Shown: positions 24,746 to 38,300, counted from the stretch's first letter. The stretch: 64,000 nt of DNA from Takakia lepidozioides (GCA_030704615.1 CM060733.1:48856001-48920000), one strand, 5' to 3'. Translations and numbers: made by a program. The notes: generated from the letters alone by a model not told the origin.

Positions 24746-27450
24746 CACACACGACAATCAGCAACCCGCTGCAAATCCTTGCTCGAACCCCACAATGGAG
24801 TGTGAGAACCATGGCAGGCGACTCCGCCATACCATACATGTCATCCTGCTCTCCCGGAGGTGACACATCCTCTGAATGAGTGTTGCCATCCAACAACTTT
24901 CCAGGCAAAGTCACTGCAGCTGTGAATGCTGCCAGTGTTGGCATCTTGCCTCGATGGGCAACCGCAACTCCTCCTATGAATGTCACAGGGAGCTGCACAC
25001 GCCGGCCCTCCCCTGACTGCCATCCAGGCCTATAGGAAGCTGACTCCTCCCAAAAATCCAGGGTGAAGCCCATGGGGTACAACACTGCCCCACCAACAAG
25101 GACATCATACGAGACCGCGTCTGTCACAATGGCCTTTGCTCTTATCACTGAGCCATCTGTAGGATGATCCGACTGTAGTCGGATAGCCAACTCACGCCGT
25201 GTCATGCCCTGAGCCTGCTCTGATCCTCCCAGAGATGTCTGTATCTGGAAAGGGCACGGCTCCATATCCGCCTCTGTGAGGTCCAAGCCTGCAATAGCAG
25301 CTCTGCCCAACATCAATGGCTGAGCTCCCGAGTCCAACAAGACCCGCAGGGCCCGGTACCTCTTGCCTGCCGGTCCACTCAAACAAAAAATGCCATCCTG
25401 GTTGTCTAACATGACAACTCCAGGTGTCACCATGGCGCGCTCAATGGCTAGCCTAGCTGACAGCTCCATCAACCTGGCAGCTGTAGCTTGCCATGGCGCC
25501 ACCGTGGCAGTCTTGACCCTCACATCCGAGGATCCCTCTGGCACTACACCTCCCACTATCTCCGTAGAAGATGAAGTAACCTCCTCACTCTCACAGAGTG
25601 TAGCTGCCAGCCTGAACACCTCAGCTGGTCTTACCCCCGGCGTCGCAATCATGGTAGCCGAGAACAATGGAGCCTGACACATAGCTGTGGCCTGCCCCAG
25701 CAGCACACTAGCTGCCGTTGCCTTGGCAACACTAGATAGTGGTGCTACCCGTGTAGCTATCCCAAATGGCATAGTAACCTCCGCCTCGGTAACACTGTCG
25801 CAGAGACTCCACTTGCACTAGTGGTAGTGCTGAACCCCAACACTAGAGCCCCTCTCATAGTGGTAGTGGTAGTGCTGCCCGGCACTAGTGGTAGTGGTGC
25901 CTCACCCACAGTGGTAGTGGTAGTGGCACCCCTCACTAGTGGTAGTGCTCCCCCTCACATGATCCTATGCCTCCTAAGTCTCTCCTCCCTTAGGCAGGAG
26001 GTTGACCATCCGGCCTTGGAGCCGGTACCACCTGAGCTGTGGCCATGGCAGCGAGCCTCTGCTCTAGCTGCTGAAGCCGGTTGGCCATGCCTTGGTCACC
26101 ACCTTGACCTCCGCGTCCTTGGCCATGTTGAGCTTGCCCTTGGCCTGCACCTCGTGCCTGGCCACCCGGTCTTCTCTGGGCTGCGCTCCACCTCGCCCCC
26201 CGCCCCCGGCCACCATTGTTCCCGTGGAACTGGCCTGGGCGCAACTCATGGATGCAAACCATAGCACTGGGCCTCTCCATGCCGTACTTGCCACAATGCC
26301 CACATTGCACCTGTGCAGGCTTGCCGGTGGCCGCACCATTTTGCCTCCCTCTGGGCAATCCTTCTTGACAATGGGGTCCTCCACGGCACACCCCACATCC
26401 GCCCGTTGTTGGCTTGCAAGTGAAGAGAGAGACCCCTGCATCTGAGGTCCTCTCTGTCCTTCCCTGGGCTTCACCTCATCTCCCTTGTTACCTTGAACGT
26501 TGAGGTAGTGGCTGGCTAGGAGCACCACTACCCCTATACCGCCGTGTTGCCCCTTAGCAAAATCCCACCATGACCACTCGTTCCTCCACCATGTTGAGCT
26601 TTATCCCCGCTCTCGTCCAGCAAAAACACTTTGCTAACGTGGGTTGGGCCGCTTGTAGGAGAGTTTGCATCCCCCAACCCTTCTCCTTAGCTCCTTGTCC
26701 AATATCCCATACTAGAATTGACTGCCTGATCCTCCGTAAACCCCTTGGGTTACATTAATCAAGCACCTCATGCGAGTGAAAGCCTCCTCAAGCTCTCAGT
26801 AGGCTTCTTGAACTCTTGCAAGCTCCTCAACTTCTCTGTCCTCACCCCTTGGTAGTTCCTTCTCAACTCTTCAAAGAAATCCACAAACAGGTTGAAGGCA
26901 GACACCGCCACTGGTGCTGGTGTGCAGCAGTAGCTTGGGGTGGACGTCATAGTTGTTGTACCACTAGTCCCACTACTGTTCGTGAAGCTGCTATTGTAGC
27001 GTTGCACTATGTGCAAAGCTGCCGTGGTGGTTGCTGCCCTGTGCCTCTGTGCCTCTAGTGATGGAGACATAGTCAGGTGACCAGTACATCCTCCACTCTC
27101 TCGATCTCACATCGTGCCCCTGCCTAAACTCATGGTAATCATCCATGGGCGGTCCCTCAAGGTGCTGAAACAGCCCTTCCATGCCATAAAAGGCGTAAAC
27201 ATTGTGGATTGCGCTTTGCTGCAAGTCACACCCCAACTATCAATTTCTTTGACAAAATCATCCATTCAATGGTGGCCACCGCCCCAGAGTACCTACGTGC
27301 CCCTTGGTGGCTCCATACATCTCCTCCATTGTGTCCCACAACAATGGCAAGGAAACAACTTGCAACCGCCGGTGTGAATCCTCCTGATTCACAATCCGAA
27401 TCAGAAACCTTCCTATAAGACACAGGAGGTGAAGGTGGCCTAAACCGCAC
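24746..27450 (-). pseudogene. Second gag-protease copy of the DNMT-Gypsy family, truncated before the DNMT domain
   Basis: Zn-knuckle CGHCGKYG; protease VLLDSGAQPLMLG; long identity in translation to ORFs 33241-34941. Confidence 0.85.
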
Positions 27451-29180
27451 ACTCGTCTCGATACCCGCTAGTATCGGCTAGTGCTGCGTACCGGCACTTT
27501 CCCCCAACAATTAGTGGCACCTCTGTGTTGACAAACTACACTCACCGGTCATGAACCTGTCTCTAACCCCCTCTCCACAAGGTAACCGGGTAGAGAACCT
27601 GATGCGGGCTTATGTTCTGGAATACTAGGTTCCTAACATAGCCTGCACCTGCACCTGCATCCACCACAGTCACTCCTATGGTTGGCTGGTCGTCACCTCC
27701 AACCTCACCACACCCAGGAGAAACAAAGATGGTCGACGGTCATCAACCCAGCTCACCATTGACAGCATGCTCTAGGGTTGGATCGGCGATCAGCCCGAGT
27801 CAACCACACCCACAAAACTAGCATGGCGCACAATCCAGCCATGCAGGTGTGGAGGGGATCCAAACACAGAATAAAACAACAACTCCCCCACACACCCAAA
27901 AACAACTCCACTGTCGCTCCTCCTTCAACCCAGCCCAACCTGGACTGACTCTTGCCTCCACCTACGGAAAGGTCTCGGCCTACAGAGAAGGTGAAAAGCT
28001 ACGAGGAAGGGAAACTAAAGCAATGCCTATCCCAGCACGCTCTCATCCAACACCTCTTTTTTCCTCTCTTCCCTCACTTGCATGACCATGAGAGCATCCT
28101 GTAGCACTCCTCAAACCGCCCTCGCCCGAGCTCATGAAACTTGGCCTCCAAGGCCCCATGTAAGCCTCCACAGGGTCTGCCAGTGCCTCCTTACGTCCCC
28201 CCCATTCCTCAGAATGGAACCACCACCTCAGGAAACCACGCCATTCACTAAGGTTCAAAATGGAGCAAAAAACGAGTGAAAAAAGTTTTTTTTTTTTTTT
28301 TTTTTTTTTTTTGGTCACTCTAACTGTTCTCCGCGGCCTCCGTGGCTCACCGCCACGACTCCTCACGGCCCGCCCTAGGCTCTCGTTTGCCACAGTCTGC
28401 CTCGTGATACCCCGTGGTACCACACCCACGAGCCTTCATGGCCCGCCATCCCCCCGATCTGGTTACCGTGCCCACCTTTTGTTTACGCACCCGACTTCCA
28501 ACGTCACGGTCAACCATCACGACCTGGGCTCGTGGTATCTCGTGATACCACCCCAACGGCCCATCACGGCCACTATTCCTTGCGTTCCCTGGAACTCCCC
28601 AATCCCAACGAGTCCCCATGAGTTCTCGGGGCTTCCCACCGTTCCGGAGCTCTTCCCCGAGCTGGGGTGTGCTCCAGCACCTGCTGCCGCGATCTATGGC
28701 TTCTGCTGCGGAGCCATCAGCCCCCTCGCCCTGCACTCCTGAGCTCTCACCGGGCTACTAGAAGCGCCCCCAACTCACAGAGCAAGCTATAATGCTGCCC
28801 AACAAGCTCCATTTCTTTCATAAAGCTCAAAAAACGAATCTGAAAATACACACAGTTCAAACTTGGTGGACCCTGCACTTCTCATGCATATCCCCTGGCT
28901 CGAGGGCACCTCGTTGCTGCCCCTTCCAGCCCCGCTCTTGCCACTCCAAGAGCCCTTACACTGCTGCATTTTAGTTGAAACTCCAACTCCACTCAGCACA
29001 ATGCTTCACAAGTGCACTGATTTGCACACAAGAGGGACCAGCCCCCTCTCTTCGTTCATACCTCTTCATGAGCTTGGAGCTGAAGCTCCCAACGGGCTGC
29101 AATGCATCCCCTCGGTCAGCTCAACCATTTGGGGCTGCTCCGCATCTACCCGCAACACTAGTTCGAGCAAAAATTATCTA
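27451..29180 (-). mobile_element. Non-coding leader / possible 5' LTR of the second gag copy, starting where the integrase of the main element stops
   Basis: Minus strand begins TGTAGATAAT right after integrase codons R-V; TGGTATCA (PBS-like) near 28545; boundaries uncertain. Confidence 0.4.
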
Positions 29181-30130
29181 CATGACTCTCTTGAACAACT
29201 CTGCCCGTTGGGCACATGCTTGTGTCCACACATCCGGATCATCAAGGTTGAGGACTACTGCAGTCTCCCTGCGAATAGATGCAGACAAATCTGGCTCTCG
29301 GCCAAAAAAAAGGAAATAAGGCGAGAACGAGGCAAGTGATGCTTGCTTGCTAAACCTATAACCCATGGCCAACCAAGGTAGCTGAAGGTCCCAATCTCCT
29401 AAGTGTCTCTTCTGCAAGCCATACTTGCGCAAGCCTCGCTTGACTGTTTGCACAACCATCTCGGCCAAGCCACCAGCTTCGGGATCATCCCGAGAAGTAG
29501 TGCGGTGATCTATCAAGGCTTGCTCACACAAAGCCTGAAACTCCCCCAAGAACTCTCTCTCTTGGTCCGTGAGTACCTCGGCTGGAGCACCAAATTGGCT
29601 AAGCACTCGATCTAAGAATGTATACGCAGCCCCCTCATTTGCCTTGTCAGGCAATGCCACCAGTTCAATCCATTTGGAGAAATTTTCCACCATCACCAGC
29701 ATATACTTGTTATGGCGAATCATTAGTGGCAATGGGCCTGCGAAGTCAAGACTCCAATGATAGCCCAAACCCATAATGGTAAAGGATGCAATTGTGGAGT
29801 AGGTGCATTTAAAGAAGCCCGCACTCTATCACACACCATGCACTTTGCCACTAACTGTTGCACATCCGTGTGCATGCCCCGCCACCAATATTGTCCTTGC
29901 AACAAACTATGGGTACGCCGCACCCCAAAATGTCCCCACTCCAAACCAATCGCTCTCGTTGTGTTGGATGAGGCACAATCCTCACTCGTCCATCTCCCAT
30001 ACTCGGAGTAGGTGGTCCCCCTCCCACTTGAACCTCTTGGCCTCGTTGCTTGGCTCGTTGTAGGATCCGATCTCTCTCCTTAGCAGTCACACCGGCTGTT
30101 GTCTCTCTAGTACAAAGGTAGGCCAACATT
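29178..30130 (-). pseudogene. Integrase (HHCC zinc finger plus DDE core)
   Basis: GHFGVRRT..YWW..CMVC; SLDFAGPL..VLTDQEREF..GLAEMVVQTVK. Confidence 0.92.
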
Positions 30131-30334
30131 GCTGCATCTTCATGTACATCCTTAACCCACCAAGCTCCTCACCGATCTCTGGATCGTCATGCACACTATC
30201 TCTATGACCAATCGCATGGGATGGACCAGCTTGAGCTTCCATTGCTAGAATGCATAAAAATGCAGATGCATGCCCATCCTGGCACCATCTCCTCGTCTGT
30301 CTCACCATGCCAACGAGCTCCTGTATCATCAAAC

Positions 30335-31684
30335 TCACTTGTGCATGGAATTGCGACTCAATCCATCCGCATCTGGTTTGACTATTTCGGCTCGATGCAC
30401 CACCTGGAAGTTGTACTGTTGAAGCATAAGTGCCCACCGTGCAAGCTTCCTTGTAAGCTTGTCTGACTCCATCAACCACTTCAATGGTTGGTGATCTGTG
30501 ACAAGAGTGAAGAGATTGCCATAGAGGTAGCATCTAAAATGTGCCACTGCCCATACTGCAGCTAGACACTCCCTTCATAGGAAACTATACTTCCGCCTCG
30601 GCATCATTTTTCGAGCGGCTAGCATATGCCACTACGAACTCTCTTCCCTCATCATCCACTTGTGTGAGCACTGCTCCAATCCCCAGCATACTCCAATCCG
30701 TATGTAGCTGGAAAGACTGCCCCCGAATAGGCCGCCTCAGAATAGGCGCAGAAGTCAATCGAGCCTTGAGTTCCTCAATGGCTTCCTCCTGCTCCTGCTC
30801 CCACTGCCACTCTTGACCCACCTTGGTCAACTTGGTAAGAGCCTTTGCAATGCTGCTAAATCCCTTGACAAATCGTCGATAGTAGTTTGCCAATCCCATG
30901 AAAGCACGAACTATGCTCACATCCATGGGGCGTGGAATGCATGCAATGGCCTCCACCTTTGTCTTTTGAATACCCAATCCTCCAGGGTATATCATGTGGC
31001 CCAGATACTCAATGTGATTGTGGAAGAACTTGCACTTTCCGGGGTGCAGTTTCAACCCGTGTGCTCTCAAGCGCTCAAACACCATCTGAAGGTGTCTCTC
31101 GTGCTCCTCAATCGTAGCACTAAAGATGATGATGTCATCAATGTAGCACCGGGCGAAGTCTAGCCCCGCGAGAATCCTATCCATGACCCTCTGAAACTCT
31201 GCAGGAGCATCTTCAACCCAAACGGTAAGAACCGCCATTGGTACAAACAATCCTTCCCATGTTAGTCAATCCCCCAGAATGTCGTCTTTTGCTTGTCAGC
31301 CTCTTTGATTGGCAACTGGTGGTAACCGGATCGCAAGTCCAATGTGCTAAACACCTTTGCATGCCCAATGGCATCAAAGATCTCCTCTGGAGTTGGCATG
31401 GTATATGTATCGGACTTAGTCTGACGGTTCACAGGACGATAGTCCCCACACATCCTTCTTTCTATCCAATTGCCAGAGATATCCTTCTTAGCTGGCATCA
31501 CCGTTGCCGAGGCATACTCCCCGCCTGACAACTCCACTAATCCAGCTTCGAACAACTCCATAGTCCGTGACTGGATCAATGACCTCTCCATGTCACTGTA
31601 CCGGTAGGGCCTTCGAAAGATTGGCGTGTCACTTGCCAAATCAATACGAATCTCTTGACCCTTCAAACTCCCCAAATCCTTCAA
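30335..31684 (-). pseudogene. Reverse transcriptase plus RNase H
   Basis: RMCGDYRPVN; LDLRSGYHQ; YIDD; KCKF; FQLHTDWS; LVTDHQPLKWL; DADGLSR. Confidence 0.95.
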
Positions 31685-32211
31685 TCCGAAGTCAAAACAA
31701 TTTCTATAAGCCCTTAGAAATCGCCGAATCCTCCGTCTCTCTCCTCCGGTGACTGTAGGTCCAACATCTGGTTCCCAATTGTCCTCAGTGACTACAACCT
31801 TGGGTACAACAGGCTTGGAGGTAGGAGACGCATCCTTTGGTTGCTAGATAGCAACCTCTTGGGCTTTATCCACCCACCCTGACCGTGGCGTAGCCTCCAC
31901 TTGCTCCGCCATAGCCACCTTGAGAACATCCTTTGGGGAAGAAACATTCTCAACCTCTTCAAAAACATTGGCCACCTTGGCCTCCAACTGATCCTCAGTG
32001 TATGGCTCTCCCCACTCCTCATACTGTTGCTTGAGAGATCCAATGACTCTCTCTTTGCGCATCTCATCCCACATCCATGGGTGTTTGTACCCCGTGATCC
32101 TGTGCTCGCCCCCACTCACTGCCTCCACCGTCCCGGTTGGCAGAGATGGTGCAATATCCAATGGAAGTGCAGAAGTAGCCACTAATGCTTGCAATCTTTG
32201 TTGCTCAGCCA

Positions 32212-33158
32212 TGCACAAGCCAATGACCCATGTCAAGCAATTGAGATCCATTGCCTGACCCAACACCTGGCGTCGTAATGCCTCTGACAGAGCTGGCACA
32301 GCTGTAGTGCACGTGGCAAATCCCATTGCCCGCTCTCGCTCATCGGCATTGGGCTCCACCAATTGCTGTAACACACTGTCCCAAATCAACCCAGGACCAT
32401 TGAGCATGAGACGAGGGAAAGCTCATGAGCGTAGGCAAGGCTGCACGTGGCTGCCCCACTTGGTTTACCACTGCTAGAGGTGAACGGTCATCATGTCGCA
32501 CCCTCTGCCGTTGCCTCCCTTGGTCCAAAATGCCCTCAAGTGTGAGATTGGGTGGCCATTGAATGGAATCATATGCTCTCTTGAGCAGCTCTGGTGGTGC
32601 AAGATTGGTCCACCACAATCGAGGTCGATGCGCTCGTGATCCCACCGCTGCTGCATCCAATAGCACCGCCGATCCAATCCAAGACCGCACCTGATGCACA
32701 CTGGCCATAACCCTGGCCCGAGAGTCCCCCATAAGAGGAACATTCTCCAAGATATAGGCTAGAGGTTGCACTTGCCTCGTCTGCAAGTCACGCAACACTC
32801 TCAACATCTCCCAAAATAAATGCGATCGTGCATCATGCAAGCCATTCCCATGACCTGCGGGAGAGTGTCCTTGGCAAGGCCATCCAGCTATCACCAAGTC
32901 AATGGCACCATGCTGGTCCAAATCATCCACCCCCAGCAAGGTAATGTCTGTTGGCAAGGCCTTTTGGTACCCTTGAATTGCTGAGAGAGGCAACAACTCA
33001 GGATATTGATGTGTGAGCAAGGCAACTTGGCGCATGGAAACACGCTGAGCAATCTCATCCTTCTCCACATACATGTACTTGCGTACTTTGATTCTTGCTT
33101 GCAACACTCCTGCAAACCCAGTGCTCATGCCTCCAAACAGGTCTAGCAAACAAATCCC
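32212..33158 (-). pseudogene. DNMT3-like C5 cytosine DNA methyltransferase domain embedded in Pol (one frameshift near 32400)
   Basis: Motif I LDLFGGMSTG; II YMYVEKD; III DIT; IV DLVIAGWPCQ (Cys codon 32874-32876); V LFWEMLRVL; VI YILENV; VIII DAAAVGSRAHRPRLWWTNL; IX ERERAMGF; X RRQVLGQAMD. Confidence 0.92.
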
Positions 33159-33240
33159 TGAGTCAGATGGTTGTCAGGTAATGGGCATTGTGTCCAAAGG
33201 AGCTAATTGAGGAGGTCCGGGTGATGTCACTGAACTCCCC

Positions 33241-34891
33241 TCACTCATCAATGGAAAGGCCTCTTGTTGTGCTTGGTGCACACTCTCGCCTGCTACTCGC
33301 TGCAAATTCCCAACCGTATCCCCACAGTGGAATATGCACAGGCACATGAGGAAGCAACTCAGCCTTGTATGCCATTTGTTTGTCCTCATCAGATGGTGGT
33401 CTATCATCTGCATGGCTATTGCCCGCCAAGAGCTCACCACCCCAAGCCACCACCCCTGAGAATGCAGCCAATATGGGCATCATATTCCTATGATCCACCG
33501 CTACATTCCCAATAAACCGTACTGGGAGCAGTGCACGTCGGCCATCCCCTGACTGCCACTCCGGCCTATAGGATGTCGTTTCCTCCCAAAAGTCCAGAGT
33601 AAATCCCATTGGGTATAACACAGCCCCACCAACAAGCACATCATAGGACATCGCGTCTGTAACAATGGCTTTAGCTCTCATGACTTAGCCATCCGTAGGA
33701 TGATCCGGCTGCAATCGAATGAAGAGCTCATGGCGTGTAATCCCTCGTGCCTTCTCTGAACCGCCCAAAGATGTTTGAATTTGAAAAGGGCAAGGCTCCA
33801 AATCCGCCTCTGTAAGGCCCAAGCCTGCAATTGCTGCTCTTCCCAACATCAATGGCTGTGCTCCTGAGTCCAACAAGACCCGTAGTGGCCTATACCTCCT
33901 CCCGGCTGGGCCACCCAACTGAAACACACCATCCTGATTGTCCACCAGGACTACCCCAGGAGTCACCATGCTGCGCTCAATGGCTGGCCTAGCTGGCAAC
34001 TCCTGCAACCTTGCAGTTGTCGCTTGCCATGGTGCAGCTGTGGCAGATTTCACCCTCGAATCCAAAACATCCATAGATTGCACCTTATCTGCTATCTCCG
34101 CAGATAATGCCAATGCATCACCACTCTCACAGAGTCTAGCTGCTAGTCTGAATACAGCAGCTGGCCGAATCCCCGGCATTGCAATGGTCATTGCAGAAAA
34201 TAATGGAGCTTGGCAAACCGCCGTACCCGCCCCCAACAATGTACTGGCTGCACCTTGCTTTGCAGCACCACCCACTGGCATTTCCTGAGCCACACCAACT
34301 CTCCCCAATGACACTCGTGGCTCTACCTCTGACACACTTGGGTGAGCGGGTGTCATTGATGGCGTAGGTGGCACTGTCTCAGCCAATGTAAAGGACTGTG
34401 GAAGCCTTGTCTGACGACTTGTTTCCCCCCTTTGTGGATCAAAATCCACATCCGCTCCTCTTGGCTCAGGAGCACGCGTTGCTGCTCGAGTGACAGCAGC
34501 AGCAGAGTCCAATACATGCAATGGCCTTGCAAGTGCGGCTCCACACATGAAGCCCATACCAATCTGAAATTCCCTAGGCATAGGAGGTTGTGCAAGTGGG
34601 GCTTGAACCTCAAGCCTTGGAGCTGGCGCAACATGAGTAGTGGCCATGGCAGCAAGACGTTGCTCTAGCTGGGCAAGTCTATCCACCATGCCTTGGTCAT
34701 GACCTTGACCCTGACCCTGTGCTCCTTGGTTTTGGTTACGACCTCCACCCTGACCTCTGCCTCCTCTACCTCTCTGGACTACATTGCCTCGTCCTCGGCC
34801 ACCATTGTTCCCTTGGAACTGGCCTGGCCGTAGCTCAGGATGCAAGCCATAACAATGGGCCTCCTCATGCCCATACTTTCCACAATGCCCA
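33241..34891 (-). pseudogene. Gag C-terminus (CCHC knuckle, G/Q/R-rich) plus aspartic protease
   Basis: GHCGKYGHEEAHC; VLLDSGAQ; YDVLVGGAVL. Confidence 0.88.
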
Positions 34892-35337
34892 ACGACGCAA
34901 TGGTGTGAGCGTTGCGCATGAGCGCACGAGCGTACGCTCACACAGGAGTGACGTGGCGTGAGCGTGCACCCACGCTAACGTGGTGTGAGCGTCATGTCAG
35001 CATGCTGCTGTGGCAACAAATGATGACGTGACACTGTCCGTCATCTTCCACGTCAGCATTAACATGCGCCGCCTATAACCGAGGATGGTCCTATGACCGT
35101 GGAATTAATGCAGGGAATCTTGCCTAAATAGAATCAAGACTACCATGAGGCCTACAATTGTAGCATCCAACATTATGCAATTATAAATGCTTGTTTCACA
35201 TTTACAATTACGAGGACGAGAAAATATCAGAGCTCACTCAGTATAGTTGGAGGCCATATCATTGCACCGCCGACGAATTGATGTGAATTACACATTTCAA
35301 ATCATGGTCGTCCACATACCACATTGCATAGTTGATG

Positions 35338-38300
35338 CTACCCATGTGTTGTATCCCGCTGCAATAGAGTATCGACCTCGTTGAAACTCATAGTGGCCTG
35401 GTGAATGAAGTTGTCACGTTTGGGATCGCAAACCATCCTCTTCAAAAATATGAAATACAAATGTTTGCAGGGTATGAATTTACCTCTCTTGCCCAAACTG
35501 GTTGATAGCATATTCACAAAATCAGGACATGTGCAATTGGGGAAATTGGAAACCGTGATGTCGTAGGTCCTGTCATGAACAGTAGATGTGGAAGTGATGA
35601 TTGTGAATACCCGACCATATCCTGGATCGGGTACTTCCGTGGTGCTTCCAACACGAGCTTGGAGCATTCTTGCGGACTCCACTTTGCCAAAGTGTTCAGC
35701 GGTTGGAGGGAAACGCCGAACGAGCTTTCCATCTCGTTTGGTTGGCCACAAGTCAGGATTTGCCGGGGGGACCCGGGAGGACGCAGAAGTAGTAGCACAT
35801 GCATGGAGTTGGGGTTGTCTCGCAAGGGAAAAGTCTGCCTCATCCAGCATTTCAATCTCCTGAAATCTGAGATGTGTTCCCACCTTCACGGGCCAAACGG
35901 TTGGAGGAGATGGCTTCATCACTACGGAAGGACGCACAGTTCCATGCACACATCTGGCACAATCATCTGCACAGAACCAAAACTTGTGGTTCTTGGCTTC
36001 TGGTTGACCGTATGGACATATCAAACCCGTGAAAGTCGGAGCAGGAGTTTGGGCACCACCTCTGGATATAGATGAAGTGCACTTCTTGAAATTAGTTGCC
36101 CTGATCGCTGTACATTTCACACAAGACCCTACACTTGTGTGTTCTATGTGCCAAACGTGGTCGGGGCATGCGGACTCAATGTTTCTCTCCTGCACCATTT
36201 CAGTGGCACTGTTTGATGCTGGAGCTTGCCGTCGTGTTGGAGGTTCCTCCACAATGGAGGTTCTGGACATGGAGCTGTCATGTAGGGGAACACGAGGCTT
36301 CGAGAAGTTATCACGGTCTGCCCTGTGTGAATCGGAATCTGAACCAGGTGGAATGTTCAATTTCCTCTCACAGGAGCCGAATCTCTCCTCCCCTTCAAGA
36401 TGTGGAACTCTAGAAAAAGTGGCGTTCCCTGGGCATACATGCTCACCGCCCGTGCTATCTTGATTGGATCCCCAGATCTGTTTGCAGCACGCAACATGAA
36501 CTCCCATTTGTCCGGACCCTTGCCACCAACCCCACCTCGCAAGAAATCAAGGTATCGGGTTTGTTGTTGCAAGGCACGTATCAAATCATCTGTTGTTGCC
36601 ACATACAAATCCCGACCTCGTTTCCCAGACTGCTGCAACCATGCGCTGTGCACAGTTTCTGCCAAATTGCAAGATGGCATGTCCGCCATTTCTTCAATGG
36701 ACATGTTCTGCAAAGTGGAGAACCACACTTCAAAACAGTGAACAGAAAATAACATAAAGAAAGCGAGGAGACAATAAAATGGAAAATAAATGTATGAATA
36801 AAGCAAGAAATATAAGTCTCGTACCACTGCCATGGCTGCTCCCCACTGTCTATACCGGAAGTGCCAAAACGCCAGCCAATCTTCCAATGCTCTCATACTC
36901 TCAAGTGATGCAGCTCCAGAAGAGAACCACCAGGCACGAATTGTCTAGAACGAAGTGTCCGCCTCCTTCATTGTTCTATCATCTTTGTACTCTTTGCACA
37001 ATTTACGGTGCTGAGTCTGCATCTCTGGTTTGATGTCCGACTTTGTATGTTTTTCCAGAGATTGTGTCCAATGGAATAGACATGTACGCTCTCTTCCTCG
37101 CATTGGCACTTTTGGGTCGCCCGATCCGAAGACAATACGAACAGCATTGAAATTTGCTTGAGCACTATCCGCCATGAAACCTGCAAAATTTGGAGATGGC
37201 AGCCCATGGCAGCCCATGACACGTATCAGGGAATTCCACATGAGCTTCTGGGATTCCGTATCCTCGGATTGCATGTCACAAACTGCAATTGTCATAACTC
37301 GTTGGTACACTGGATCGTAGACATGACAAGCCATTGTCGTCCAATCCTTCACTCGTTTTACATGATCAAACATAAGAAAACAGTTCTACAAGTCCCCAGT
37401 CTTCTGCATCCGCTTTACGAGGCTAACCCCACTGCCCTCCCCAACAGTCGACATTTTGAAAAGAAAAACTTTGATGGCACCTTGACCTGGGAGTACATTG
37501 TCCTGGATGTAATCGTACTTGCTCACTCGTTTCAACTCCAAATGTTGTCTATGTAGCCTCTGATACCAGAGCCCATTCTTAATGCATTGATCTGATGCCG
37601 AATATTAGGTGAACTCAAAGTGGAGATATGATCCATGACCAGGTCCAATGCTGCACCGTCAAGTTTAGTCCCCACAGAATCCCCTTCACTCAAAATATGG
37701 CTTTCCAAGAAGGACTTGCTTGCGCCAAGAGCAATTGCGGATGTTGTTGCGGATGGGTTTCTCCCGAACTCATGTTTAATCAACCTCGATATTGTCTCAA
37801 CACTCTCCCTGTAATCCCCCTTCGAGACAGGATGGTTATGGAATCCGAAATGCACACAAGCTCTTGTCATTGTTTTCAAACGGTGGACAACATAGTACAT
37901 TCTTGCTCCGCAGAGCGCCAAGCAGGATGGCACAAGTTTGCAGAATTTGCGGACGAAAATGTTTGCCGGTGGTGGGGCAGTCCCAGGCTGAAATGGATTT
38001 TCCGCCAGACCCTCCCATTCGCTTTGATTATGAACTCCAGACTGAAGAAAGTGTCTACAATTCAAATTATCACACCTAAGGTGTCCATTGCAAACTGTTC
38101 TCCTGAAAACAAGCTTGTCATCATTCTGAATATTGGATGTTTTTGTTCTGCACCACGGGTGCCCGTCGTGTTTCTTGTCCATTCCATGCATCATGATTGT
38201 TACACCTCCAACTCGCGGAGGAGGAGGCAGCTCGAATAGGTTATCGCCATCAAAAGTCTCTGGCAAGAACTTCACAGGCACCTGCTTCAAAGATTCCCAA

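Larger units (their letters stand above)
29178..34891 (-). mobile_element. Ty3/Gypsy LTR retrotransposon internal region with order gag(ZnK)-PR-DNMT-RT-RH-INT (decayed copy)
   Basis: All domains recognisable in successive minus-strand ORFs; PR-RT-RH-INT order defines Ty3/Gypsy; 5' end cut by a MULE at ~34891. Confidence 0.92.

Noticed and set aside
28787-28999. Second PHD finger downstream of the minus-strand integrase
   Set aside because: Cys/His spacing does not fit C4HC3; the region looks non-coding
32212-33158. Host DRM/CMT/MET1 gene or a bacterial restriction-modification methylase (contamination)
   Set aside because: Motif order is linear (not permuted as in DRM), there are no BAH/chromo/UBA domains, introns or partner nuclease, and the domain is colinear within Gypsy Pol
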